From the NCBI GenBank assembly GCA_034520565.1, contig JAXHNL010000002.1, positions 896,001 to 960,000 on the forward strand: a DNA stretch of 64,000 nt, given 5' to 3'. Shown one piece after another: positions 51,581 through 60,976 of the stretch (position 1 is the stretch's first letter; the number at the start of each line of letters is the position of its first letter). This stretch comes from Halodesulfurarchaeum sp. Lineage in GTDB: Archaea > Halobacteriota > Halobacteria > Halobacteriales > Halobacteriaceae. The position numbers were made by a program, and so were the translations under genes. Below the pieces are notes generated by a model that worked only from the letters and a program-made list of their open reading frames with translations, was not told where the DNA came from and did no database searches.

Positions 51581-51624
51581 TGTATCCCCATAGTGGGAAA
51601 CGAGTCGATTTATGCGTTCCGGTC

Positions 51625-51768
51625 GGTCCGGATCGTGGGTCCGCGTTAGGTCCGGATCGTGGGTCCGCGTTAGGTCCGGATCGTGGGTCCGCGTTAGGTC
51701 CGGATCGTGGGTCCGCGTTAGATTCGGATCGTGGCTCCACGTTAGGCGCGGACCGCAGTCTCGCGTTG
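51625..51768. repeat. 24-bp tandem repeat (4 perfect and 2 degenerate copies)
   Basis: GGTCCGGATCGTGGGTCCGCGTTA at 51625, 51649, 51673 and 51697; variants at 51721 and 51745. Confidence 0.95.
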
Positions 51769-51820
51769 GACCGTGGTCCTGCGTGTATTGGCGGGCTTGC
51801 GGGCCCGTTCCGCCGGTGGC

Positions 51821-53041
51821 TCATGCCTTGACCTCCGTCGAAGCGGCGGCTCGATCGACGCCGACGGCGGCCGCAAAGCGGTGGAGATCCTCGAGCGTGA
51901 TCGTGTGTTTCTCCGCGGCCCGGTTTTTGACCCGCTCGGTGATCTCCCCGACTTCCTCCTCGGTCGGGGCGTAGCCCGCCTCTTCGAGGTGTTCGCGGAC
52001 CGCGTTCTTGCCGGTGTGCTTGCCCAGGACGATCGCTCGCTGGGCACCGACCATTTCGGGGGTCATGATCCCCGGTTCGAAGGTGTCGGCGTTCTCGATC
52101 ACGCCGGCCGCGTGGATGCCGCTCTCGTGGGAGAAGGCGTTCTCCCCGACGATCGACTTGTTCGGCGGGATCGGCACGCCCGACTTCTCCTCGATGATCG
52201 CCGCGATCTCTGAGATTCGGGTCGTGTCGATGCCGGTGTCCACCCCGTAGATCGACTCCGCGGCCATGACGACCTCCTCGTAGGCGGCGTTGCCGGCCCG
52301 CTCGCCGATGCCGTTGACCGAGACCTGGGCCTGGTCGGCCCCGGCTTCGATGCCGGCGATGGCGTTCGCGGTCGCCATCCCGAAGTCGTCGTGCGTGTGC
52401 ACGTCGATCCGGGCGTCGGTGTGTTGGCCGACGAAGCCGATCAGGTCCGCGAACCGCGAGGGACTCGCGACCCCGGTGGTGTCCGGGATGTTGACCCAAT
52501 CGACGTCGACCTCGTCGACGGCCTCGAGGACGTCGGCCAGGTACTCCCGATCGGTACGCGTGGCGTCCATCGGGGAGAACATGACCTCGGCGTCGCTCGC
52601 CTTGGCCTGTTCGACGGCCGCGACCGAGCGCTCTTTTACCTCCTCGCGGTTGGAGTGCATGGAGTCCTCGATCTGGACGTCGCTGGTGCTCGCGAAGACG
52701 TGGATCATGTCCACGCCCGAGTCGATGGCGGCCTGCACGTCGGACTCGACCACCCGGGCGAGGCCCGCGACCGTCGTCTCCGTAAACTGCGTGATCTCCT
52801 GGATGGCCTCGAACTCCGCGTCGCTGTTGGCCGGGAACCCCGCCTCGATGACGTGGGTCCCCATCTCGTCCAGTACCGTGGCTATCTCTCGCTTGTCCGC
52901 CCTTGAAAAGGAGGTGCGCGGGGTCTGTTCGCCGTCACGTAGGGTCGTATCGAAGATCCGGACCGAGTCGAACTCGCTACGTGTAGCTAACGTGCCCTGG
53001 AAGAACTCGACCGCCCGAGCTTGCGCCGAGCGACTCCTCAC
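51821..53041 (-). CDS. leuA: LeuA family 2-isopropylmalate/citramalate synthase, short form without the C-terminal regulatory domain; start codon unresolved
   Basis: IFDTTLRDGEQ, HTHDDFGMA, NGIGERAGNA and HESGIH motifs. The only canonical in-frame start upstream of the catalytic motif is GTG 53041. Confidence 0.9.
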   Translation of the reverse strand: MRSRSAQARAVEFFQGTLATRSEFDSVRIFDTTLRDGEQTPRTSFSRADKREIATVLDEMGTHVIEAGFPANSDAEFEAIQEITQFTETTVAGLARVVESDVQAAIDSGVDMIHVFASTSDVQIEDSMHSNREEVKERSVAAVEQAKASDAEVMFSPMDATRTDREYLADVLEAVDEVDVDWVNIPDTTGVASPSRFADLIGFVGQHTDARIDVHTHDDFGMATANAIAGIEAGADQAQVSVNGIGERAGNAAYEEVVMAAESIYGVDTGIDTTRISEIAAIIEEKSGVPIPPNKSIVGENAFSHESGIHAAGVIENADTFEPGIMTPEMVGAQRAIVLGKHTGKNAVREHLEEAGYAPTEEEVGEITERVKNRAAEKHTITLEDLHRFAAAVGVDRAAASTEVKA

Positions 53042-53051
53042 TTCGTGTCAT
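52977..53051 (-). promoter_or_regulatory. Putative leaderless uORF (MTRSEESLGASSGGRVLPGHVSYT) overlapping the leuA 5' end out of frame
   Basis: ATG 53051 lies 25-30 nt downstream of TTATCA, which is preceded by a purine-rich BRE-like stretch. Confidence 0.5.
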
Positions 53052-53297
53052 CAAGTACCTCGAACGTCTTGCCGTTGATAAGTCTTCCCTTCGTCGTCGG
53101 TTTCGGTGGTCGGTTGCTCGGGTTTGCGTTTGCGTCCGGTGTAACGGTGCGGCGTGTTCCAGACGGTTCGAGTCATGACACTCCCGGTTCCCGCTGGGGT
53201 CAGGCCCACGATCATTTTCTCCTCCGTGTGGACATTTTCCTCCGGGCGAGGAAGGGTACATTTTTCTCAGGGAGAAGCAAACGTCGCGTCGGAACCG

Positions 53298-54218
53298 ATG
53301 GATGAGGAGGCGTTGATTGACATCGGCCTGTTTCTCGCCTACGCCGTGCTCGGAGCGTCCTCCTTCGTCGGGGCGAAGGCCGGATTACCGTATTTCCCGC
53401 CACTCTTGTTCGGTGCACTCAGGCTCGACCTGGGTGCCGCGTTGCTCGTCGGCTACGTGTATGCGACCCAGTCCTACTGGACACCCAGGACCCGAACGGA
53501 CGTCGTTTCCACGCTGATTACCGGCGTTTTTACCGTCGGCTTGGCGATTCCGTTGTTGTATCTTGGCCAACAGTACGTCACCAGCGGCGTCGGGTCGGTC
53601 GTGTACAGCTTCACTCCCATTTTGACGGGCGTGGCTGCAATCGGACTGTTACCCGGCGTGAAATTCGGTTTCACCGACGCAATCGGCTTTGTTTTCGGAC
53701 TGGTTGGGGTAGCGGTCGTCGCCGGTGTCGACCCGGGGAAATTGGTCACCAGTGACGTGCGCGGGGTCGCACTTATCTTCGGAAGTGCCTTCGTTTTCGC
53801 ACTCGGGAACGTGGTCGTCCAGCGCATTCGGCCGTCGTTACCGAGCCTCACGCTCACCGCCTGGGGGCTGGTCCTCGCCGCGCTCACCAGTCACGCGATG
53901 AGTCTCGCGACAGGTGAATCACTCACAGCAATCCAGTGGACGACACAGGCGTGGCTCGCCCTCATGGTCACGGGCGTTTTTGCGAGTGCGCTTTACTACG
54001 CCATCCACTTCGAGCTGGTGAGTCACATCGGGTCGACGCGGACGAATCTCGTGTACTACCTGATGCCGATCTCGGCGACGATCGCTGGATGGCTGCTGCT
54101 TGCAGAGCAGATCACACTGCCGACGATCACCGGTTTCGGATTGATCTTCGTCGGGTTTGTCTCACTAGAATACCAGTCGTTGCGCGCGGCGGTCCGCCGG
54201 GAATCGGCCGCTGACTGA
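53298..54218 (+). CDS. EamA/DMT family transporter
   Basis: About 10 TM segments; FPPLLFGALRL and YLMPISATIAGWLLLAEQIT motifs. Confidence 0.88.
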   Translation: MDEEALIDIGLFLAYAVLGASSFVGAKAGLPYFPPLLFGALRLDLGAALLVGYVYATQSYWTPRTRTDVVSTLITGVFTVGLAIPLLYLGQQYVTSGVGSVVYSFTPILTGVAAIGLLPGVKFGFTDAIGFVFGLVGVAVVAGVDPGKLVTSDVRGVALIFGSAFVFALGNVVVQRIRPSLPSLTLTAWGLVLAALTSHAMSLATGESLTAIQWTTQAWLALMVTGVFASALYYAIHFELVSHIGSTRTNLVYYLMPISATIAGWLLLAEQITLPTITGFGLIFVGFVSLEYQSLRAAVRRESAAD

Positions 54219-54305
54219 CTCAACCGCTTCGATACGGGGGTGAGTACGGGGACGTCCCGGTGTCGTGAAAGAGACGTCGAGTAACGGGTCGCCACGTGTC
54301 AGAAA

Positions 54306-54554
54306 TCAAAACCCGTCGACGATCGGGACCTGGTCGGGATCCAGGTCGTCGGACAGGACCAGCTCGTCGACGAGGGCATCGTCATCGACCGTCACCATTC
54401 GCATGCCGTCGCTGAGTTCTCTGACGTCGACGCGGTCGTCGGTAAGCACCGTCCCGGTGAGCAGGAAGAACTGGCCGCTGGTATCGACGGCGAAGAAATT
54501 GCCGTCGTCGTCGGTATACTCGGGATGCAACTGGAAGTGCTGGTCGGCTGCCAT
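54306..54554 (-). CDS. Small acidic hypothetical protein
   Basis: 82 aa, very Asp-rich, typical codon usage. Confidence 0.65.
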   Translation of the reverse strand: MAADQHFQLHPEYTDDDGNFFAVDTSGQFFLLTGTVLTDDRVDVRELSDGMRMVTVDDDALVDELVLSDDLDPDQVPIVDGF

Positions 54555-54635
54555 CGTCCCGCGGTTTGCCGGATTTCGGGATAAACGCCTCGTTTGCGAG
54601 TTGCCGTCGCTTGCGGGAGGGGGGCGCTGTCCGCC

Positions 54636-55940
54636 TCAGGTGACCGCGAGCGGATCCTCGAAGAGCCGAAGCGCGACCTTCGAGAGCACGGACACACCGA
54701 TGGGGAGACTGGCCTCTTCAACGTCGAACGTCGGCGTGTGATAGTCCCCGGGGTGGGTCGTTCCGATCCCAATGAGCGTGCCGTACCCCCCGCTGTCGCT
54801 GACGGCCTCGAGCAGATACGTGACGTCCTCGCTGGATCCCATCTCCATCCATGGGGTCACCTCGGAAACGCCGTCGACCTCGCCCGCGATTTCGGTCACC
54901 AGTTCGACCAACGCGTCGTCCGAATCGTGTCTGATCGATTGCCCGATCGTTCCGTACTCGACGGTGCACTCGTGCATGTCGGCGGCGGATTCGAGGATCC
55001 GCTTGACGTTCGCTCGCATGTATTCCATCAACTCGGTCGTCTCCCCGCGAACCTCGACTTCCGCCCGCACGCGATCGGCGATGACGTTCGTTCCGTTCTC
55101 CGAGGAGACCTGCCCGACGTTGATTCGAGTCGAGCCCTCCCGGTGCCGCGGAATTCCATAGAGGTTTTGGCCGGCCGCGAGGAAGGCCTGGAGGGCGTTT
55201 TCGCCCTCGTTCGGCGCGAGTCCGGCGTGGGCCTGTGTCCCCTCGAACTCGAATTCCATTCGATTGAGTGCGAGGGCCCCACGTGCTCCCGCGACGACCG
55301 CCCCGGTCGGCTGGCCCAGTCCGACGTGGGTCCCGAGCATGTAATCCACGTCCGCGACGTGCGGGCCGTTGGCCATCGCCTTCCCGCCACCGAGCAATTC
55401 CTCTGCAGGCTGGAAGAATACCGTGAACGTGCCCTCGAAGTCACTGTTCGCGAGCGTCTCGATGGTTCCGAGCCCGAACGTGATGTGTGCGTCGTGGCCA
55501 CAGGCGTGCATGTAGCCCTCGTTCTCCGATCGAAACCCCGCCGAAGCGGGGACGTGATCCGGATCCGTGGATTCCGTGACCGGGAGGGCGTCGATATCCA
55601 CCCGGAGGCCGACGGTTGGCCCGTCGCCCCGCTCGAGGACGGCCACGACGCCCGTCTTTCCGCCTTTGATCGCATCGAAAACCGCAGACGTGCCTTCGTA
55701 GCGATCCCTGGCCTTCGTGAACCATTTCTCGAGTTCCGCTGCATCCGGGACGCCGAGTCGCTGTGCGGGGTCGAGGGCGTCGGCGCCCACGAAAATCTCG
55801 TCGACGCCGATGGACTCGAGTTCGTCGACGATTCGGACTGTCGTGAGAAACTCCCGCCACCCGGGTTCGGGATATCGATGGAAGGATCTCCGAAGGTCGA
55901 GGAGTCGACTCCGGTCCGGTGTCGTATCGCCACCTGTCAT
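54636..55940 (-). CDS. M20 family amidohydrolase (AbgA-like)
   Basis: HRYPEPGWREF, LRVDIDALP, MHACGHDAH, FQPAEE, GSSEDV and YHTPTFD motifs. Confidence 0.9.
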   Translation of the reverse strand: MTGGDTTPDRSRLLDLRRSFHRYPEPGWREFLTTVRIVDELESIGVDEIFVGADALDPAQRLGVPDAAELEKWFTKARDRYEGTSAVFDAIKGGKTGVVAVLERGDGPTVGLRVDIDALPVTESTDPDHVPASAGFRSENEGYMHACGHDAHITFGLGTIETLANSDFEGTFTVFFQPAEELLGGGKAMANGPHVADVDYMLGTHVGLGQPTGAVVAGARGALALNRMEFEFEGTQAHAGLAPNEGENALQAFLAAGQNLYGIPRHREGSTRINVGQVSSENGTNVIADRVRAEVEVRGETTELMEYMRANVKRILESAADMHECTVEYGTIGQSIRHDSDDALVELVTEIAGEVDGVSEVTPWMEMGSSEDVTYLLEAVSDSGGYGTLIGIGTTHPGDYHTPTFDVEEASLPIGVSVLSKVALRLFEDPLAVT

Positions 55941-56116
55941 ACGTTGGTGGTAGGCGGCGTCGCTTCGAAGTACCTTTTCCCCGTTACAGGCAGTTTGATG
56001 GCTCGAATCCGATATCATCGGGACGGCACAGACGATTCGTCCACGTTTGCAAGTTCCATCGAGCCACTCAATCGTTATGAGGTTGCGTACCAATACTATA
56101 CGCAAATGACGGGTTC

Positions 56117-58408
56117 ATGAATCCACCAGGAGAGCCAATCCGCGTTCTGCTCGTGGACGAGGACGCGGATTTCGCGGACATGGCCGCGACGATTCTGGAG
56201 CAGAACGAACGATTCGTCGTTGTGACAGCAAGCAGCGCGAAAGAGGGACGTTCTCACCTCGACGAAGCCGATGTTGACTGTATCGTCTCGGACTACAAGA
56301 TGCCCGAACAGAACGGCATCGAATTTCTCGAAGCCGTCCGCGAGAACCATCCCGACCTCCCGTTTATCCTCTTCACTGGCAAAGGGTCCGAGGAAGTCGC
56401 CAGCGAGGCACTCTCTGCCGGGGCGACGGATTACCTCCAAAAACGAGCCGGAACCGAACAGTACGACCTGCTTGCAAACCGCATACGAAATGCCGTCGAT
56501 CAGTATCGGTCGACCGAACGGACACGAGATCTCGAACGAATCCGCACCCTCATCTCCGATATAACCCAGGAGCTCGTCCATGCCGAGGCGCAGTCGGTTC
56601 TTGAACAACGGGTCTGTGAACGGTTCACCGCCGCAGAGCCCTATCGGTTCGCCTGGATCGGTGAGATCGACGAGGAGGACGATATCGTATGGCCACGCAC
56701 GTGGGCTGGGATCGAGCGGGGGTATCTCGACGACCTCGAAATCGCCATCGACGACTCCCCGGAAGGGCGGGGACCAACCGGTGAAGCGGTAAAATCGGGG
56801 ACAATCGCCGTCCAGCAGAATATCTCCGAAGACGACGAGTACGAACCGTGGCGGGAGGAGGCCATAAAACGAGGATATCAGTCGAGTGCCGCCGTCCCAC
56901 TCGTTCGGAATGACATCTGGTATGGCGTTCTCAACGTGTATGCCAATCGTTCATATGCGTTCGATGACCAGGAACGCGACTTGCTCGCGGAGTTAGGAGA
57001 CGACATCGCACACGCGCTCGCCCGGATCGAGAACGAGCGCGAACTTCACCGATACGAGGCCGCAGTCGAAGGGGCCACGGACATGTTAGTGGCCGCGGAC
57101 GGGGACCGACGCGTTCTCTTCGCAAACGAGCACTTCCGAGAGCGCTTCGGGCGACCCGTGGGTGACCTGTGTGGAACTCACCTCCGAGAAATCGTTGGAG
57201 CGGTGGAATTCGAGGAACTCGAACCGCTGTTCGAACGGAGCCTCGATGGGGAACGAGTCCAATTCATTCGGGATATATCGACTGACGGGGATGAAACTCG
57301 CATCCTCGATGTTCACTTTTACCCGCTTTTGAAACGTTCAGGAGATGAAATTACGGGGGTCGTGGCGTCACTGCGGGACGTGACGACACACGAACTGCAA
57401 AAGCGAAAACTGCGCGAGTTCAAGCAAGCGGTGGATGCGGCGGGACAGGCCATCTATATGACCGATCCTGCTGGAGATATCACGTACGCAAATCGGGGCT
57501 TCGAAGGTATTACCGGATACTCGCCGGAGGAGGCCATCGGACGGAATCCGCGTCTCCTCAAATCGGACAAGATGCCGGACGGGTACTTCCAGGGTCTCTG
57601 GGAGAGCATTACGAGTGGCGATATCTGGGATGGTGAAGTCGTCAATCGTCGGAAGAACGGTGAGTTATATTACGCTCATTTGACAGTGGCTCCAGTCACG
57701 AACGATACGGATGACATCGAGGCCTACGTCGCCATCCAGACGGATCTCACGGAGCGCAAGGAGCGCGAGGACCACTTGCTCGCCCTCGATCGGATGCTTC
57801 GCCATAATCTCAACAACGAGTTGAATGTCGTCCTGGGACGAGCGTCGATGATCGAAGAAGCGGGGTCCGGGAACGTTGGGGACTACGCAGAAGCGATTAT
57901 TGAAGCGAGCAATCGGCTGCTCGTGCAGGCAACCAAAGAACGCGAGATCGTGCGAATACTTACCGAGCCACGGACGCCGACATCGCTCGATCTCACCCAA
58001 CTCATTCGGTCCATTACAGCGCGGCTGCAGGAGGAGTATCCTGCGGCGGGGTTCGAACTCGACCTGCCTGCCGAACTGGAGATATCCACCATCCCCGAAA
58101 TCGAACGTGCCATCGAAGAGTTACTCCACAATGCCATGGTTCATGCAGCGGACGGGAAACCGACGGCTCGAATCGCCGTGACCGAAGCCGAAGGCAGCAT
58201 CGAAATCGAAATCGAGGATAGCAATCCCACAATTCCGCCCGAGGAGCGGGCGGTTCTTTTGGGTGACAGCCACATCGACGCGCTGACGCACACGAGCGGA
58301 ATGGGGTTGTGGCTCGTGAAGCGTATCCTCACCCGAGCGGGTGGGAAACTGACATTTGATAGTAACGGATCGAGCGGAAACCGGATCACCGTCGTGCTCC
58401 CCACCTGA
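56117..58408 (+). CDS. Hybrid REC-GAF-PAS-PAS histidine kinase
   Basis: REC VLLVDED..VSDYKMP..FTGKG; GAF GPTGEA..SSAAVPL; PAS GRNPRLLKS; H-box LRHNLNNEL; SGMGLWLV. Confidence 0.9.
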   Translation: MNPPGEPIRVLLVDEDADFADMAATILEQNERFVVVTASSAKEGRSHLDEADVDCIVSDYKMPEQNGIEFLEAVRENHPDLPFILFTGKGSEEVASEALSAGATDYLQKRAGTEQYDLLANRIRNAVDQYRSTERTRDLERIRTLISDITQELVHAEAQSVLEQRVCERFTAAEPYRFAWIGEIDEEDDIVWPRTWAGIERGYLDDLEIAIDDSPEGRGPTGEAVKSGTIAVQQNISEDDEYEPWREEAIKRGYQSSAAVPLVRNDIWYGVLNVYANRSYAFDDQERDLLAELGDDIAHALARIENERELHRYEAAVEGATDMLVAADGDRRVLFANEHFRERFGRPVGDLCGTHLREIVGAVEFEELEPLFERSLDGERVQFIRDISTDGDETRILDVHFYPLLKRSGDEITGVVASLRDVTTHELQKRKLREFKQAVDAAGQAIYMTDPAGDITYANRGFEGITGYSPEEAIGRNPRLLKSDKMPDGYFQGLWESITSGDIWDGEVVNRRKNGELYYAHLTVAPVTNDTDDIEAYVAIQTDLTERKEREDHLLALDRMLRHNLNNELNVVLGRASMIEEAGSGNVGDYAEAIIEASNRLLVQATKEREIVRILTEPRTPTSLDLTQLIRSITARLQEEYPAAGFELDLPAELEISTIPEIERAIEELLHNAMVHAADGKPTARIAVTEAEGSIEIEIEDSNPTIPPEERAVLLGDSHIDALTHTSGMGLWLVKRILTRAGGKLTFDSNGSSGNRITVVLPT

Positions 58409-58787
58409 CTGATGCATATCACCTCTCGGTCAGCATTCTCCCGAGTTTCGAGGGAAATCGGTCGGGAGTCGGCGTCTGTTGTGGTACCCAATGACCGATC
58501 AGCGTGATGTATCCAGTACGAAAACTGAGAATCGTTCGTTCTATCGATTATGGCGTGCACGATACTGAGGCAATCTTGCACGAGACGTTCGAATAGCAGA
58601 CAGACACGGGTCTCGCTCAAACCGGCAAGTGCGTTTCCGAGAAAATTGCCCCGAGTCACAGTTCGAGTCGACTGGGTGGAGTGTGGTCGGCGACGGTACG
58701 GGCTCGTGGAGACGGACGACGGAATTCGACGCGACAATACGGTCTGTGTGTCGGAACGTTCTTTTTGTTGGCGCGACCACATGTGGT

Positions 58788-59375
58788 ATGTCCTCGTCAG
58801 ATCACCTTGACGACCTTCCGGTCATCGAGAGCGCTCTCGCTGGCGCCGCCGCGTGGATGGCCGGCTATGTCCTCACAGCCCTCATCGTCCTCGCTCGGAT
58901 GGGAGACACACAACTGGGCGAGATAGCTGACGGCGTCGGCGACGGTGGCAGCGGCATCGACTTCGTCGGCTGGGTGTTCTTCAATAGCCACTTCGTCGAT
59001 ACGGTCATCGAGGCTGGCTTCCTCGGAGTGGGCGGATCGAACGCGGTGTCGTTTATCGGCGGTGACGGGTTTACGCCGCTTCTGTACCTGATTCCGGTGG
59101 CGCTTTTGGTCGGTGCCGGACTGGCCGTCGGTCGCTCGCTCGGTATCACCGAGACTGACGACGGAGCGGTCGCCGGCGCACTCGTCGCCCTGCCGTATCT
59201 GGTGCTGTCGGCAGTTGGCGCGATGGTGTTCCGTGTCTCGACGGAAGCGCTCGGTAGCAGTTTCAGCGGCCAACCCGATCTCCTGCCGGCGATTCTTCTG
59301 GCAGGACTCGTGTTCCCCGCCGTCTTCGGCGCTATTGGTGGTATCGTCGCCGCGAACACCGGGACGGGACGATAG
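58788..59375 (+). CDS. Hypothetical multi-pass membrane protein
   Basis: About 4-5 TM segments; GWVFFNSHFV and LLYLIPVALLVGAG motifs. Confidence 0.75.
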   Translation: MSSSDHLDDLPVIESALAGAAAWMAGYVLTALIVLARMGDTQLGEIADGVGDGGSGIDFVGWVFFNSHFVDTVIEAGFLGVGGSNAVSFIGGDGFTPLLYLIPVALLVGAGLAVGRSLGITETDDGAVAGALVALPYLVLSAVGAMVFRVSTEALGSSFSGQPDLLPAILLAGLVFPAVFGAIGGIVAANTGTGR

Positions 59376-59705
59376 TGGGCGGTTCGGCTCACTGAGTCAC
59401 TGGGCGAAGCGATAGAGACAGGGGCAGGCAAACGGGTTCTGCTGACCGATTCGTGCATCAAGACGCGGGAGGACACTCCCTCTCGACCTGGCTCGGCCGG
59501 TTCCGGATTCGAAATCGGCGGATCACCTGCTGGATATGTGCCCCGAAATCCGCACGACCACACAAACTCCCACCAGTGACGAACGCCGGTCGTCACGCTG
59601 CGAGTGGATTCCCGAGTACCGAATACGAAATTCCGAATGGCCCCAGTCGGTGTTCCAGACACCGGGACCAACACGGCTTTGAGACCGGCCATCTTCCCCC
59701 CGAAC

Positions 59706-60365
59706 ATGTCGGCGGATGACATGCCGTGGTACCTCGCTCCCTTGCCGCGGCAGATCGAAGACTTGGCCCTCCGGCTGGCGGTCCCCATTGCGCTGATCAA
59801 CCTCGCCGGGACCGCCTTTGGCTTCTGGTACTACCAGTACCAGTTTGCCCTGACGCCGATGGTCGCCTGGCCGCTGGTTCCGGACAGTCCGCTTGCGACC
59901 ATGTTCGTCGCCTTCTCGCTTCTTGCCTACCGGTTCGGCTACGAGGCCGACTGGCTCCACGCCCTCGCCTTCTTCGGGGCGCTCAAACTGGGCCTCTGGA
60001 CGCCGTTCGTCCAGCTGTTCCTCAACGGCCCCGAGGGGATCGCCGCGTGGCTCTACGTCTTCTTGATACTGAGCCACCTCGCCATGGCCGCCGAGGCGTT
60101 CGTCATCCACCGCTATGCCACCTTTTCGATTCCGGCGGTCGCGGTGGCGACTTTCTGGTACGGTCTCAACGACGTCGTCGATTACTTCGTGCCGGTCGCC
60201 GGACAGGTCCATCACACCCTCATTCGAGCCGAACAGGTCGTCGGCGGGTTCAGCCACGACCTCCCGGCTCATGACTTCGCTGCGGCCGCAGCGGTCGTGT
60301 TGACCCTGCTGGCGACGTTTCTCGCACTCTCGACCCGGATCTCCGAACTCGAAGGCTCGAGGTGA
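59706..60365 (+). CDS. DUF1405 family membrane protein
   Basis: INLAGTAFGFWYY, WPLVPDSPLAT, KLGLWT, SHLAM and NDVVDY motifs. Confidence 0.82.
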   Translation: MSADDMPWYLAPLPRQIEDLALRLAVPIALINLAGTAFGFWYYQYQFALTPMVAWPLVPDSPLATMFVAFSLLAYRFGYEADWLHALAFFGALKLGLWTPFVQLFLNGPEGIAAWLYVFLILSHLAMAAEAFVIHRYATFSIPAVAVATFWYGLNDVVDYFVPVAGQVHHTLIRAEQVVGGFSHDLPAHDFAAAAAVVLTLLATFLALSTRISELEGSR

Positions 60366-60595
60366 CCGGACCACCAGCCGAACCGAGATCGAAGCGGAAG
60401 CGTTTGGGTGCCGGAGGTTCAAGTACTAGAACGAAGCAATCGCCGCTCGTGACCCGGGGCTCGCGGACGGACCGGGCCCACCCACGACCGGCGAGAAACC
60501 CATGTCCAACACTTCGCGAACCGACCCGATGGCTGTTCGACGGCAGCGACCCCCGGGGCGATCTCCCCACAGCCGAGGCCGACGCGGTCGAATCC

Positions 60596-60976
60596 ATGCG
60601 GATCGAGTACGAAGAACCGCTGTACGCACCCCTTCCCGAGACGGCGGTGGAGGCCGTCCGGGAGCTGTTCCGGGGGTTTCACGCCCACACGCCGTACCGA
60701 CGACTTGCCACGATCGAACAGGCAGACGATCAGACGATCCTCGTCACCGGGGAGAAGCGATCGAGCAAAAGCGACGCCGATGGGTTCGAACCCCACATCC
60801 ACGATCGGGACGTCGAGGCGATGCAGTCCGAACTGACCGACTTTTTCGGCCCGCTCTGGCGCGTTCGACGCCGGTCGGGAGCCGCGGGACGGGACCCGAT
60901 CGAGGGTCGGGTGGTCATCCGTCGCGTCGTCGGTCGACGGTTTCACCATCCCGGGACCGAAGGTGATCGACAATGA
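60596..60976 (+). CDS. Hypothetical protein coupled to the downstream AAA ATPase (start uncertain, may extend to about 60502)
   Basis: Typical codon usage; stop overlaps ATG 60973 (ATGA). Confidence 0.6.
   Translation: MRIEYEEPLYAPLPETAVEAVRELFRGFHAHTPYRRLATIEQADDQTILVTGEKRSSKSDADGFEPHIHDRDVEAMQSELTDFFGPLWRVRRRSGAAGRDPIEGRVVIRRVVGRRFHHPGTEGDRQ

Noticed and set aside
51520-51591. Alternative leader ORF MGIQWPTFASSRFPWHVRPASRS upstream of ilvB
   Set aside because: Its ATG is too close to the TATA-like box to be transcribed from it, and it is not enriched in BCAA codons.
51625-51768. CRISPR array
   Set aside because: The units are head-to-tail with no unique spacers, and there are no cas genes in the window.
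57430-57760. Second LOV photoreceptor domain in the hybrid kinase
   Set aside because: The motif is GRNPRLLKS and lacks the photoactive cysteine, so it is an ordinary PAS domain.
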